Source: Candidatus Limnocylindrales bacterium (GTDB lineage: Bacteria; Chloroflexota; Limnocylindria; Limnocylindrales; CSP1-4). Taken from it: 56,880 bases of DNA. Position 1 is the first letter of the stretch, and every line of letters begins with the position of its first letter. The position numbers were made by a program, and so were the translations under genes. The stretch covers positions 1 through 56,880 of the forward strand of contig JBIOII010000004.1 in NCBI GenBank assembly GCA_044449785.1. Direction: 5' to 3'. Shown piece after piece: positions 9,265 through 18,785 of this stretch. The notes under the pieces were generated by a model that was not told the DNA's origin, did no database searches, and saw only the letters and a program-made list of their open reading frames with translations.

Positions 9265-10655
9265 GTCCAGTGCTCCAGAGTGAGATCGCGGCCTGGTCGA
9301 AGGACGAAATGCCCTTCGAAGGCCGGGCTCGTGGCGGGTGCATCGGTACGGTAATGGACGCCGCGACTCTCGTGGCGGGCGACGGCGAACCTGGCCACCA
9401 ATGACGCCACCGGGTCCGGGCTGGCCGCCAGCTCCGCCAGTGCGGCCGGGTCGCGCAGAACGCCCGCCTGAAGCCATACCTGCTCGCGCAGGGATTCGGG
9501 CGCGACCCTCTCCGGCGGTGCCGGCTCCACTCCCGGGAGCTTCGAGGGGAGCGGCGGCTCGTCGAGCGCGGCCAGCGCGGCCCGACGCCCGAAGACCAGA
9601 CATTCGAGCAGTGAGTTGGACGCGAGACGGTTCGCCCCGTGCACGCCGGTGGCGGCGCACTCCCCCGCCGCATAGAGCCCGGTGATCTCGGTGCGGCCGA
9701 CCAGGTCGGTCACGATGCCGCCGATCGTGTAATGAGCCGCCGGCGAGACCGGGATCAGTTGGACCGCCGGATCGAAGCCGGACTCCCGTATCTCAGCCAT
9801 AAGACCTGGGAATCGCCCCCGGTCGATCGACCGCAGATCGAGGAAGGCGCGGCCCTTTCTGACTATGGAACGCGCGACCTCGTCGCGCGGCGCCAGCTCG
9901 TCGACGAATCGGTCGCCCGTCTCGTCGAGCAGCGTCGCCCCGTCACCGCGCAGGGCCTCGGTCAGGAGCAGCCTGGAGCCCTCCAGCACGGTCGGGTGGA
10001 ACTGCATGAACTCCAGGTCGGCGACAGCCGCGCCGGCGGCCAGCCCGATCGCCACCGCATCGCCGATCTGGCCAGGCGGGTTCGTCGTCCGGGCCCACAG
10101 CGCCGCCGCCCCGCCCATCGCCAGGATCGTCGCCCGGGCGGTGAGCGGACCGTCGGGCGTGAGGATACCCAGGCATCGACCGCCGTCCACCAGCAGAGCC
10201 AGCACCGCGGTCGCCTCGCGGGTATCGATCCGGTCGGAATCGAGGGCCCGGTGGCTCAACCGGCTCGTGACCGCCCAGCCCGTGGCGGCGCCGTCCACGC
10301 TCGAAACGCGCCGCCTCGAGTGACCGCCTTCGAGGCTCAGTTCCGGATCGAACGGCACGCCCAGCGCCGCCAGCTCGCGGACGCGTTCGGGTCCCTCTTC
10401 GACGAGGACGCGAACGGCGCTCGGCCGGCACAGGTCGCGTCCCGCCCGCTCGGTATCGATGGCATGCAGGTCCGTGGCGTCGTCGTCGCCCATCACCCCG
10501 GCGATGCCACCCTGCGCATGCCAGCTGCTCGAGTCGGCGGCGTGGCCCTTGGTCAGCATCAGCACGCTGGCGCCCCGTTCGGCGGCGGCAAGGGCGGCGG
10601 TCAGGCCCGCGGCCCCCGTTCCCACGACGAGAAGGTCGTATAGCTTGTCGGACAT
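9261..10655 (-). CDS. nadB: L-aspartate oxidase
   Basis: GTGAAG, AQGGIA, EGGHS, QFHPT, EALRG, LAPRD, HYTIGG, HGANRLASNSLLE, ESRG. Confidence 0.95.
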   Translation of the reverse strand: MSDKLYDLLVVGTGAAGLTAALAAAERGASVLMLTKGHAADSSSWHAQGGIAGVMGDDDATDLHAIDTERAGRDLCRPSAVRVLVEEGPERVRELAALGVPFDPELSLEGGHSRRRVSSVDGAATGWAVTSRLSHRALDSDRIDTREATAVLALLVDGGRCLGILTPDGPLTARATILAMGGAAALWARTTNPPGQIGDAVAIGLAAGAAVADLEFMQFHPTVLEGSRLLLTEALRGDGATLLDETGDRFVDELAPRDEVARSIVRKGRAFLDLRSIDRGRFPGLMAEIRESGFDPAVQLIPVSPAAHYTIGGIVTDLVGRTEITGLYAAGECAATGVHGANRLASNSLLECLVFGRRAALAALDEPPLPSKLPGVEPAPPERVAPESLREQVWLQAGVLRDPAALAELAASPDPVASLVARFAVARHESRGVHYRTDAPATSPAFEGHFVLRPGRDLTLEHWT

Positions 10656-10700
10656 CTGGGTGACGGTCCTCTATGCCCCCCGGCGCCCTCACCATACGCT

Positions 10701-10748
10701 ATCGCCGGCCCGACGAGCCGATCCCTTCGTTGTCGCCTGCGGTCCTCG
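10701..10748. repeat. Dispersed partial copy of the repeat found at 56548-56880
   Basis: 10701-10721 ATCGCCGGCCCGACGAGCCGA is identical to 56620-56640; 10724-10748 is the exact reverse complement of 56691-56715. Confidence 0.85.
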
Positions 10749-10761
10749 ACTCCGCGTCGGG

Positions 10762-12390
10762 CTACAGGCCGTCTCGGTTCTCCCGGCGCAGCGAGACCGC
10801 TCGACGGTACGAGGCGGCATACTGCTCGGCCGGTCCGGCCTCCCACGACCAGTCGATCGCCATACCGCGGTCCTGCAACGACGACCACTCCCGGCCGCCG
10901 TCGCGGTGATGCTTCATCGCCCGACGGCAAGCTTCGAGCAACGATTTCGTGGTGGCCTCGCCGTGGACGAAGCCCGTTCCTTCGTCCGGACGCTCGTCGA
11001 CGTCCACCACGGTGTCCGCGAGCCCGCCGGTTCGATGCACCACCGGGGGCGTAGCGTAACGGAGCGCGATCATCTGTCCCTGCCCACACGGCTCGAACCG
11101 CGACGGCATCACGTACAAATCGGCTCCCGCGTAGATCCGCCGCGCCAGCGTGCGGTCGAAGGCCTCGACCACCGCCACCGAGGTGGGATGAATCGCCGCG
11201 AGCTTCTTGAGGTCGTCGACGAGCTTTGGATCGCCGGTGCCGAGGGCGATCACACGGGCCCCCTCGGCAACAAGGGTCGGGGCCGCGCCGGCAAGCAGGT
11301 CAAATCCCTTCTGGGGATCGAGCCGGCCGATCATGCCCAGGACCGGGGCCGGGTCGTCCGGGTCGAAACCGAGTTTGGAGAGCAGCGCCCGCCGGCAGGC
11401 GGCCTTGCCGGTCAGATCAGCGCGGGAGTAGACGGCCGGCAGCGCCGAGTCGGTGGCCGGGTTCCAGACGTCCGTGTCCAGGCCGTTGAGGATGCCGCCG
11501 AATCGATGGCCCAGCGCGGCTAGGTCGGGATCGAGACCCATCCCGAAAGCCGGGTGCACGATCTCCGCCGCGTACCCCGGGCTTACGGTGTTGACCAGCT
11601 CCGCGTGGCGGATCCCCTCGCGCAGCAGGAGTATGCCGTCCGCGTCGGGCGGGACGAAATGCTTCAGCTCGTCCTGGAAGAGCATCCCGGCGGCGCCGGC
11701 GCGGCTCAGCCAGCCCTGGTAGGCGAGGTTGTGGATCGTGACCATGACCGCGGCCCGAGAGATGCGCGGATAGCCCTCGTAGGCGCAGTCGCGCATCAGG
11801 ACCGCCGGCATGGCCTGCCAGTCGTGAAGGTGGAGGACGTCGACGGGGCGCTCGTCGGTGAGGAGGGCTTCGATCGCGGCCCGGCACAGGAGTCCGAACC
11901 GCCAGCCGTTGTCGGCGTAGTCGCCGGTCGAGTCGCCGTAGTAACCGGCGCGATCGAACGCGGGCGGGTGGTCGATCAGCCTGACCCGGTATCCGCGATC
12001 CTCGAATTCGACGAGCGTCACCTCGGTCATTCCGCTCCGGGCGAGTGGATCGGGAACGTCCAGCGGCCTTGACGTGGCCCCGGCCGGGACCGCTACGCCG
12101 CGATACCTGGGCAGGAAGACTTCGACCGGTGCCTCAACACCGCCGGGCGCATCGAGCTCGGCCTGCCCGACACCCATGACCGCTCCGGTGCCGACCCACA
12201 CCTGCGGCTGCGGTGCGCGAGGCTTGCGGCTCGGCCGCGCCGCGGGAGCTGCCGCCCGGTCGGTTGGGGCGTGTTCCTCGCCCGTCTGGCCCGTCGCTCC
12301 CACCGCCCGAGCCAGCGCATCGACGACGTCGCCCAGCCCGCCGGTCTTGGCCCAGGGCTCGCATTCCGCGGCGATGGTGACGACCCGCAT
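10762..12390 (-). CDS. glgA: Glycogen synthase
   Basis: AECEPWAKTGGLGDV, HLHDWQ, TIHNLAYQG, RLDPQKG, PSRFEPCG. Confidence 0.95.
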   Translation of the reverse strand: MRVVTIAAECEPWAKTGGLGDVVDALARAVGATGQTGEEHAPTDRAAAPAARPSRKPRAPQPQVWVGTGAVMGVGQAELDAPGGVEAPVEVFLPRYRGVAVPAGATSRPLDVPDPLARSGMTEVTLVEFEDRGYRVRLIDHPPAFDRAGYYGDSTGDYADNGWRFGLLCRAAIEALLTDERPVDVLHLHDWQAMPAVLMRDCAYEGYPRISRAAVMVTIHNLAYQGWLSRAGAAGMLFQDELKHFVPPDADGILLLREGIRHAELVNTVSPGYAAEIVHPAFGMGLDPDLAALGHRFGGILNGLDTDVWNPATDSALPAVYSRADLTGKAACRRALLSKLGFDPDDPAPVLGMIGRLDPQKGFDLLAGAAPTLVAEGARVIALGTGDPKLVDDLKKLAAIHPTSVAVVEAFDRTLARRIYAGADLYVMPSRFEPCGQGQMIALRYATPPVVHRTGGLADTVVDVDERPDEGTGFVHGEATTKSLLEACRRAMKHHRDGGREWSSLQDRGMAIDWSWEAGPAEQYAASYRRAVSLRRENRDGL

Positions 12391-12549
12391 CGTTCACTCC
12401 TGTGGGTTCGGAGGTTTCGCCCGACGTGGGCATCCATGGTAGTCAAACCGACGGCGGGTGGCACCGGAGATCGAGCTTCGATCGGGAGGCTAGACCCCGG
12501 AGGACCGCCGAAACGATCGACAATCGCTGTCGGATATGATGCGCGACAG

Positions 12550-14751
12550 ATGGAACACCCGGTCCAGGTTCCCACGCTCCCGGGCGCGTCCTTTCGGCTG
12601 CCTCCGCAGCTCGAGGGCCTGCGCCGGCTGTCTTACAACATGTGGTGGAGCTGGAACCCGCGGGCCCGAGCGCTATTCAGCCGGATCGACGGCCTGTCGT
12701 GGTCGCGCTACCGCAACCCGGTCGAAGTCCTGTCGCAGCCGATCGCCTGGTCCGAGCTCATGGACGATCCGGCGTTCAAAGCGGAGTACACGCAGGTCCT
12801 GGCCGAGTTCGACCGGTACATGGCCGGCGGCCATGAACACTGGTTCAATCGCCGGTACGGACCGTCGCTGAACGGCCCGATCGCCTACTTCTGCGCCGAA
12901 TACGGCCTCCACGAAAGCCTGGGCATCTACTCCGGCGGCCTGGGCGTTCTCGCCGGCGACCACATCAAGTCGGCGAGCGACATGGCGATGCCGTTCGTCG
13001 GCGTCGGGCTGCTTTACAAACACGGCTACTTCCGCCAGACGATCGATGCGGACGGCCATCAGGAGCACGCCTACCCCGACTACGACCTGGCGAAGCTGCC
13101 GATCCTGCGCGTGCTCGGCCAGGACGGCGAGCCGCTGACCATCTCCGTCGAGCTGCCGGAGCGCGACCTGTTCGCGGCGGTGTGGCTCGTCCAGGTCGGA
13201 CGAGTGCCGGTGCTTCTTCTCGACACGGACATCTCGGACAACGCCGAGTCGGACCGACCAGTCACCCACATCCTATACGTCCGCGGCCGGGAGATGCGCC
13301 TCCACCAGGAGCTGGTGCTCGGCGCCGGCGGCGTCCGAGCGCTGAAGGCCCTCGGCATCACGCCCGCAGTCTGGCACCTCAACGAGGGCCACTCCGCATT
13401 CCTCCTCGTCGAGCGGACCCGCGCCCTCGTGGCGCAGGGAGTGGCGCTCGACGACGCGTTCGAGCGCGTCCGTTCCAACAGCGTCTTTACGATCCACACG
13501 CCCGTCTCGGCCGGCAACGAGCGCTTCGACGCCGAGCTGGTCCGGCGGGTGGCGGGGCCGCTCTACGACGGCGACGGCCGAAAAGGCACCGGCGGCGTGC
13601 CGATCGATCGGATCCTGGAGCTGGCCCGCGGCGTCGACGGTGACGGCCGCCAGCTGGACATGACCGCGATGTCCCTCCGCCTGTCGAACGCGGCCAACGC
13701 CGTCAGCCAGCTCCACAGCGTGACCGCCAACACCACCTGGCAGGGGCTCGGCAACAAGCAGATCCTCGCTGTGACCAACGGCGTCCACATGCCGACCTGG
13801 GTCGGGCAGCCGATGCGCGACCTGTTCGAGCGTTATCTCGGCGCAGAGCTGGACAACGTCGATGCGCGGAACGGCTCGGACCGCTTCTGGGAACGCACAG
13901 ATCAGATCCCGGACATGGATCTGTGGGAGGCTCATCAGCGCCAGAAGCTCGAGCTGATGATCTTCGCCCGCAACCGGCTGCGCCACCAGTTCGCCCGCCA
14001 CGGCGAATCTCCGGGCACGCTCGAGGAACTCGAGGAGGTGCTCGACGTCGGCGCCCTGACGATCGGCTTTGCCCGGCGCTTTGCCACGTACAAGCGGGCC
14101 AGCCTGCTCTTCTCCGACATGGACCGGATCTCGAAGCTCCTCTGGAACAAGGAGCGGCCGGTTCAGATCATCTTCGCCGGCAAGGCCCACCCGGCAGACC
14201 GGCCCGGGCAGGGCGTCATCCAGGAGATCTTCGCCAGGTCGCGCTCGCCCCAGCTGCGCGGTCGAGTCTTCATCCTGGAGGACTACGACCTGCGAGTGGC
14301 CCGGTTCATGGTCCAGGGCGTCGATGTGTGGCTGAACAACCCGCGCCGGCCGCTCGAGGCCTCTGGCACAAGCGGCATGAAAGCCTCGGCCAACGGCGTC
14401 GCGAACCTGTCGGTTCTCGACGGCTGGTGGGACGAGGGCTGGCTCGGCGACAACGGCTGGGCAATCGGGGGTCGCGAGATCAACCCCGACGACGGCACCC
14501 AGGACTACGCCGACGCGCAGGACCTCTACCGTCTGCTCGAGCAGGAAGTCGTGCCGCTGTACTACGGCCGCGACGACGACGACATCCCGGAGGGCTGGAC
14601 GGCGGAGATGCGCCGTTCGATCGCCAGCACGTTGTGGCGGTTCTCGACGATCCGGATGCTGCACGAGTACGCCGAGCAGATGTACATGCCGGCGGCCGGG
14701 GTCGAGGTCAAGAAGCAGGCGAGCCGCCGCACCGCCACCGAAGCGGGCTGA
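12550..14751 (+). CDS. glgP: Alpha-glucan (glycogen) phosphorylase
   Basis: YSGGLGVLAGDH, HLNEGH, FARRFATYKR, GKAHP, EASGTSGMK PLP motif, LDGWW. Confidence 0.95.
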   Translation: MEHPVQVPTLPGASFRLPPQLEGLRRLSYNMWWSWNPRARALFSRIDGLSWSRYRNPVEVLSQPIAWSELMDDPAFKAEYTQVLAEFDRYMAGGHEHWFNRRYGPSLNGPIAYFCAEYGLHESLGIYSGGLGVLAGDHIKSASDMAMPFVGVGLLYKHGYFRQTIDADGHQEHAYPDYDLAKLPILRVLGQDGEPLTISVELPERDLFAAVWLVQVGRVPVLLLDTDISDNAESDRPVTHILYVRGREMRLHQELVLGAGGVRALKALGITPAVWHLNEGHSAFLLVERTRALVAQGVALDDAFERVRSNSVFTIHTPVSAGNERFDAELVRRVAGPLYDGDGRKGTGGVPIDRILELARGVDGDGRQLDMTAMSLRLSNAANAVSQLHSVTANTTWQGLGNKQILAVTNGVHMPTWVGQPMRDLFERYLGAELDNVDARNGSDRFWERTDQIPDMDLWEAHQRQKLELMIFARNRLRHQFARHGESPGTLEELEEVLDVGALTIGFARRFATYKRASLLFSDMDRISKLLWNKERPVQIIFAGKAHPADRPGQGVIQEIFARSRSPQLRGRVFILEDYDLRVARFMVQGVDVWLNNPRRPLEASGTSGMKASANGVANLSVLDGWWDEGWLGDNGWAIGGREINPDDGTQDYADAQDLYRLLEQEVVPLYYGRDDDDIPEGWTAEMRRSIASTLWRFSTIRMLHEYAEQMYMPAAGVEVKKQASRRTATEAG

Positions 14752-14758
14752 GGTCGGA

Positions 14759-17047
14759 TTGGCCGACCGCGTTTCGCTCGCGCTCGTCATCCACAACCAT
14801 CAGCCGGTAGGCAACTTCGGCTGGGTCGTCGAAGACGTTTACGAGCACGCTTACTCGCCCCTGCTCCACGCGCTGGAGCGGCACCCGGCGATCCACCTCG
14901 GTCTCCACTACACCGGGCCGCTGCTCCAATGGATGGCGGCCAACCGGCCCGAGTCGATCGACCAGATCCGTGGCCTGGTGGCTCGGGGCCAGGTCGAGAT
15001 CGTCGGCGGCGCATATTACGAGCCGATCCTCGTGACCCTGCCGGACCGCGATCGGCACGGCCAGCTGGTCCGTATGCGCGATGAGCTCGAGACGCTCTTC
15101 GGGCGACGGCCCTCAGGGGCATGGCTCGCGGAGAGGGTCTGGGAGCCGTCGCTCGCCTACGACCTGGCCGAGGCCGGTTATGGCTGGACCGTCCTCGACG
15201 ACAACCACCTGCGCGCCGCGTCGATCAGCGAAGACGCAATGTGGACAGCCTTCACGACCGACGATCGCGGCAAGCGGCTGACGGTCTTCGGCACCGAGCA
15301 GGGCCTGCGGTACCGGATCCCGTTCAAGCCGGTGGAGGACTTGATCTCGTACCTGCACGTCCGAGCGAGGCCCGACGGCCGGTTCGTCGGGATGATGGGC
15401 GACGACGGCGAGAAGTTCGGGTCGTGGCCGGGAACGTTCGAGTACTGCTGGAGCCGCGAGCGCTGGGTCGACCGCTGCTTCGAGGCGATAGCGGCGAGCG
15501 GCGAGTGGCTGGCCACGGTCACGCCGTCGGAATGGCTGGCGGTTCAGCCGCCCACGGCGCGGGTCTACTTCCCCACTGCCTCCTACGTGGAGATGACGGA
15601 GTGGGTTCTGCCGCCGGCCGAGACCCCGGTCTTCGTGGAGCTGCTCGAGGACGCAAGGGCCCGCGACCTCCCTGCGGCGCGGTTCCTGCGCGGCGGGTTC
15701 TGGCGCAATTACATGGCCCGCTACCGCGAGGTCAACGATCTGCACAAGCAGATGCTGCGGGCATCGGATGCTGTGGAGGCGATGCCGGGAGCGGCCGGCA
15801 GCGGGACCGGCGCCGGCGGCGGGCCGGCCGGTGCCTCAGCGCTGAAGGCGCGCGCCCTCGATCACCTCTACCAGGGCCAGTCGAACGACTGCTACTGGCA
15901 CGGGCTCTTCGGCGGTATCTACATCGTCCACATGCGGATGGCCACGCTCGCCCATCTGATCGCGGCCGAAGATCTGGCCGACATCGCGGCCGAGGCGTCC
16001 GGCGGCGAGCCATACGGGGCAAGACTGGCCGATACGGACATGGATGCGATCGACGAAGCGATCGTCAACTCGGCGGGGCAAACCATCGTCGTCGATCTCG
16101 CCGAAGGCGCAGGCATCTCGTCGTGGGATCTCCGGGCGAGTCGCGTCGCCCTGGCCTCGGCCTTGCGCAGGCGGCCCGAGGCCTACCACGAGAAGCTCAT
16201 AGCCCGCGAGCGGGCCGAGAAGCCGGACTCCACCGCGGTCGGCGCCGGCGGCGGAGCCGGTTCCGAGACCGATGCCGCAGCCGGAGGGCGCGCGGGGGCC
16301 GCCGCGGCCGACGCCCCCAGGACGATCCACGACGTTGTGGCCACGAAGGAACCAGGCCTGGCCGCGCTCCTCCATTACGACCGCCACGAACGGCGGAGCG
16401 GCCTCGTTCATCTTCTCCCCACCGGCGGTGCGACCGATCTCGCGGCGTTCGTCGGCGCGAGTTACGAGGAGCTCGGCGACTTCACGGAGGCGGCCTTCGA
16501 GCCGGTGGTCGTCGCGCCCGATCGACTGGTCGCCCGCAGGCTCGGTTCGGTTCGAGTAGACGGCGTCGGGCGGCCGCTGATCGTGGAGAAGACTTTTCGG
16601 TTCGGCGGCGACCGGTCGAACCCGACTCTCGCGCTCGAGCTATCCGTCGAGAACCCCGACGACCTCGCGGTTGCGTTCGAGCTGGCCGTCGAATGGAACG
16701 TCGATCTCCTCGGCGGCGGCCATAACCCAGCCGCTTACTACGAGGCCGCGGGCGGCGGGCGCACGCCTCATGACGCGGCCGGCGATCTGCGGGACGCAGC
16801 GGGAATCGCCTTTGGAAACGATTACGAGGGAGTCCGGATCGAGGCCGTGGTGGAGCCCGCCGCGCGCTTGACCTGGTATCCGATCGAGACGGTCTCGAAC
16901 TCGGAGGGAGGCTTCGAGCGGGCCTACCAGGGCAGCTCGCTGCTGTTCCGCTGGCCGGCCTCGGTGGCGCCAGGCGAGCGCGGCACGTTCGCCGTCCGAT
17001 TCGCGGTCACGCAGACGATCGACCACACCGCAGCCGAACTCGCCTGA
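14759..17047 (+). CDS. GH57 alpha-amylase/4-alpha-glucanotransferase-like protein
   Basis: HNHQP, WLAERVW, DDGEKFG, SNDCYWHG; C-terminal IETVSNSEGGFERAYQG; TTG start. Confidence 0.88.
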   Translation: MADRVSLALVIHNHQPVGNFGWVVEDVYEHAYSPLLHALERHPAIHLGLHYTGPLLQWMAANRPESIDQIRGLVARGQVEIVGGAYYEPILVTLPDRDRHGQLVRMRDELETLFGRRPSGAWLAERVWEPSLAYDLAEAGYGWTVLDDNHLRAASISEDAMWTAFTTDDRGKRLTVFGTEQGLRYRIPFKPVEDLISYLHVRARPDGRFVGMMGDDGEKFGSWPGTFEYCWSRERWVDRCFEAIAASGEWLATVTPSEWLAVQPPTARVYFPTASYVEMTEWVLPPAETPVFVELLEDARARDLPAARFLRGGFWRNYMARYREVNDLHKQMLRASDAVEAMPGAAGSGTGAGGGPAGASALKARALDHLYQGQSNDCYWHGLFGGIYIVHMRMATLAHLIAAEDLADIAAEASGGEPYGARLADTDMDAIDEAIVNSAGQTIVVDLAEGAGISSWDLRASRVALASALRRRPEAYHEKLIARERAEKPDSTAVGAGGGAGSETDAAAGGRAGAAAADAPRTIHDVVATKEPGLAALLHYDRHERRSGLVHLLPTGGATDLAAFVGASYEELGDFTEAAFEPVVVAPDRLVARRLGSVRVDGVGRPLIVEKTFRFGGDRSNPTLALELSVENPDDLAVAFELAVEWNVDLLGGGHNPAAYYEAAGGGRTPHDAAGDLRDAAGIAFGNDYEGVRIEAVVEPAARLTWYPIETVSNSEGGFERAYQGSSLLFRWPASVAPGERGTFAVRFAVTQTIDHTAAELA

Positions 17048-17142
17048 CTCTCGGCCGGCCGTTTCCACGTGAAAGGTCACCCTGAACCTGGGTCCACGGC
17101 CGGGGAATGCTTCTCCGGCGAGGCTCCGCTACCATCGCCGGA

Positions 17143-18612
17143 GTGAGTCGCCCCAAGCTCGCCGTCCACGGCCATTTCTACCAGCCGGAGCGCCGCAACC
17201 CCTTCAGCGGGGAGATCGCGCCCCAGGCCGGCGCGGCTCCGTACCGCGATTGGAACGCGCGGATCGACGCCGAGTGCTACAAGCCCAACGCGGAGCGCGG
17301 CAATCTCCGCCACATCTCCTTCGACCTGGGGCCCACGCTGGCCGGCTGGCTCGAGACCCATGACGCCTCGACCCACCAGGGTTTCGTCGGCTCGGACATG
17401 CCCGACGGCGCCGACGGGATCGACGCGCCGGAGAGAGGCAACGCCATGGCGCAGGCGTACCACCACGCCATCCTGCCGCTCGCATCGCTGGCCGATCGTC
17501 GGACGGAGATCCGTTGGGGGCTGCGCGACTTCGAGCTCAGGTTCGATCGAAGGCCCACCGGCCTCTGGCTGCCCGAGACGGCCGTGGACCTGCCCACGCT
17601 CCGGATCCTGGCCGGCGAAGGCATCCACTACACCATCCTCGCTCCGTGGCAGGCTGCCGACGGCCGCCTCGACCCACGCCGGCCATACCGGGTCGACCTT
17701 GGTTCGCGCCGGTCGATCGTGGTGGTGTTCTACGACGCCGCGCTCTCGGCGGCGGCCTCGTTCGAATCGGACGCCACGATGAACGCCGACGCCTTCGCCC
17801 GCGACCGCGTTCTGCCGCGCATTGCCGGCCCGAGCTTCGCCGACGGAACTCCGAGGATCGCCCTCATCGCCACGGACGGAGAGCTATACGGCCATCACCA
17901 GAAGTTCCGCGACCTCTTCCTGGCGCGGCTAGTGAACCCCGGCGGCGAGTTGCCGGACCGTGGCTTCGACATCACGAGCGTCGGACGGATGGTGGGCGGG
18001 ATTCCGGCCAGCGCGTTTCCCCTCGCCCAGATCGCCGAGCGGACGTCGTGGAGCTGCCACCACGGAGTTCTGCGGTGGACCGGCGAGTGCCCGGATGCGG
18101 CCGACGGCCGCTGGAAGGGGCCGCTTCGGGTCGCGCTGGAGCGGCTCGCCACGGCCGTCGACACCGTGGCCGCCGGGCTGGCCGCCAATTTCATGGGGCC
18201 CGACGCGCTGTGGCAGGCGCGCGACGAATACGTCGACGTGGTATTCGGGGCAGAGACGGCCGAGGACTTCGCCCGGAGCAGGCTGCCGCTCGCGTCGCCC
18301 GAGCAGCGAGACTGCTTCCTCACTCTGCTCGAGGCAGAGCGGTGGCGCCTGTCGATGTTCGCCAGCGACGGCTGGTTCTGGGGCGACCCGATTCGGCCGG
18401 AGACCAAACAGGTGCTCCTCTGCGCCGCCAGGGCGGCGCGGCTGATCGACGGCGCGGCCGCGACGGACCTCGAAGACCGCCTGCTCGACGACCTCTCGCT
18501 CTTCGGCTCTCCTTCCCGCCGGATCGACGGAGCCGGCATATACGCGGAGGCTCTGATCGAAGCAGGCCAGCCGGTATCGCGGCCACGCCGCAAGGACGTT
18601 TCGATCCGCTGA
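17143..18612 (+). CDS. GH57 family protein (DUF3536-type)
   Basis: HGHFYQP, AQAYHHAILPL, WLPETAV, ATDGELYGHH, SWSCHHG; GTG start 7 nt after TACCAT. Confidence 0.85.
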   Translation: MSRPKLAVHGHFYQPERRNPFSGEIAPQAGAAPYRDWNARIDAECYKPNAERGNLRHISFDLGPTLAGWLETHDASTHQGFVGSDMPDGADGIDAPERGNAMAQAYHHAILPLASLADRRTEIRWGLRDFELRFDRRPTGLWLPETAVDLPTLRILAGEGIHYTILAPWQAADGRLDPRRPYRVDLGSRRSIVVVFYDAALSAAASFESDATMNADAFARDRVLPRIAGPSFADGTPRIALIATDGELYGHHQKFRDLFLARLVNPGGELPDRGFDITSVGRMVGGIPASAFPLAQIAERTSWSCHHGVLRWTGECPDAADGRWKGPLRVALERLATAVDTVAAGLAANFMGPDALWQARDEYVDVVFGAETAEDFARSRLPLASPEQRDCFLTLLEAERWRLSMFASDGWFWGDPIRPETKQVLLCAARAARLIDGAAATDLEDRLLDDLSLFGSPSRRIDGAGIYAEALIEAGQPVSRPRRKDVSIR

Positions 18613-18785
18613 GTCCGTACCGGCCCGCGACGGGGCGACACCGCGACCGGGGGTTGGGCCACGCCGGCGCGCGATTGCGCAACCCCGGGGGTCGCCTCCA
18701 CGCCCCGCCCTGATAGACTCGCGCGGACCGGCCAACGCCCCCGATCTCGGGCCGCCGGCTCCGCATGCAGGTTCGGAGCGCATTC

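Noticed and set aside
17061-17076. parS-like GTTTCCACGTGAAAGG
   Set aside because: The core matches but the conserved outer G and C positions do not; single copy
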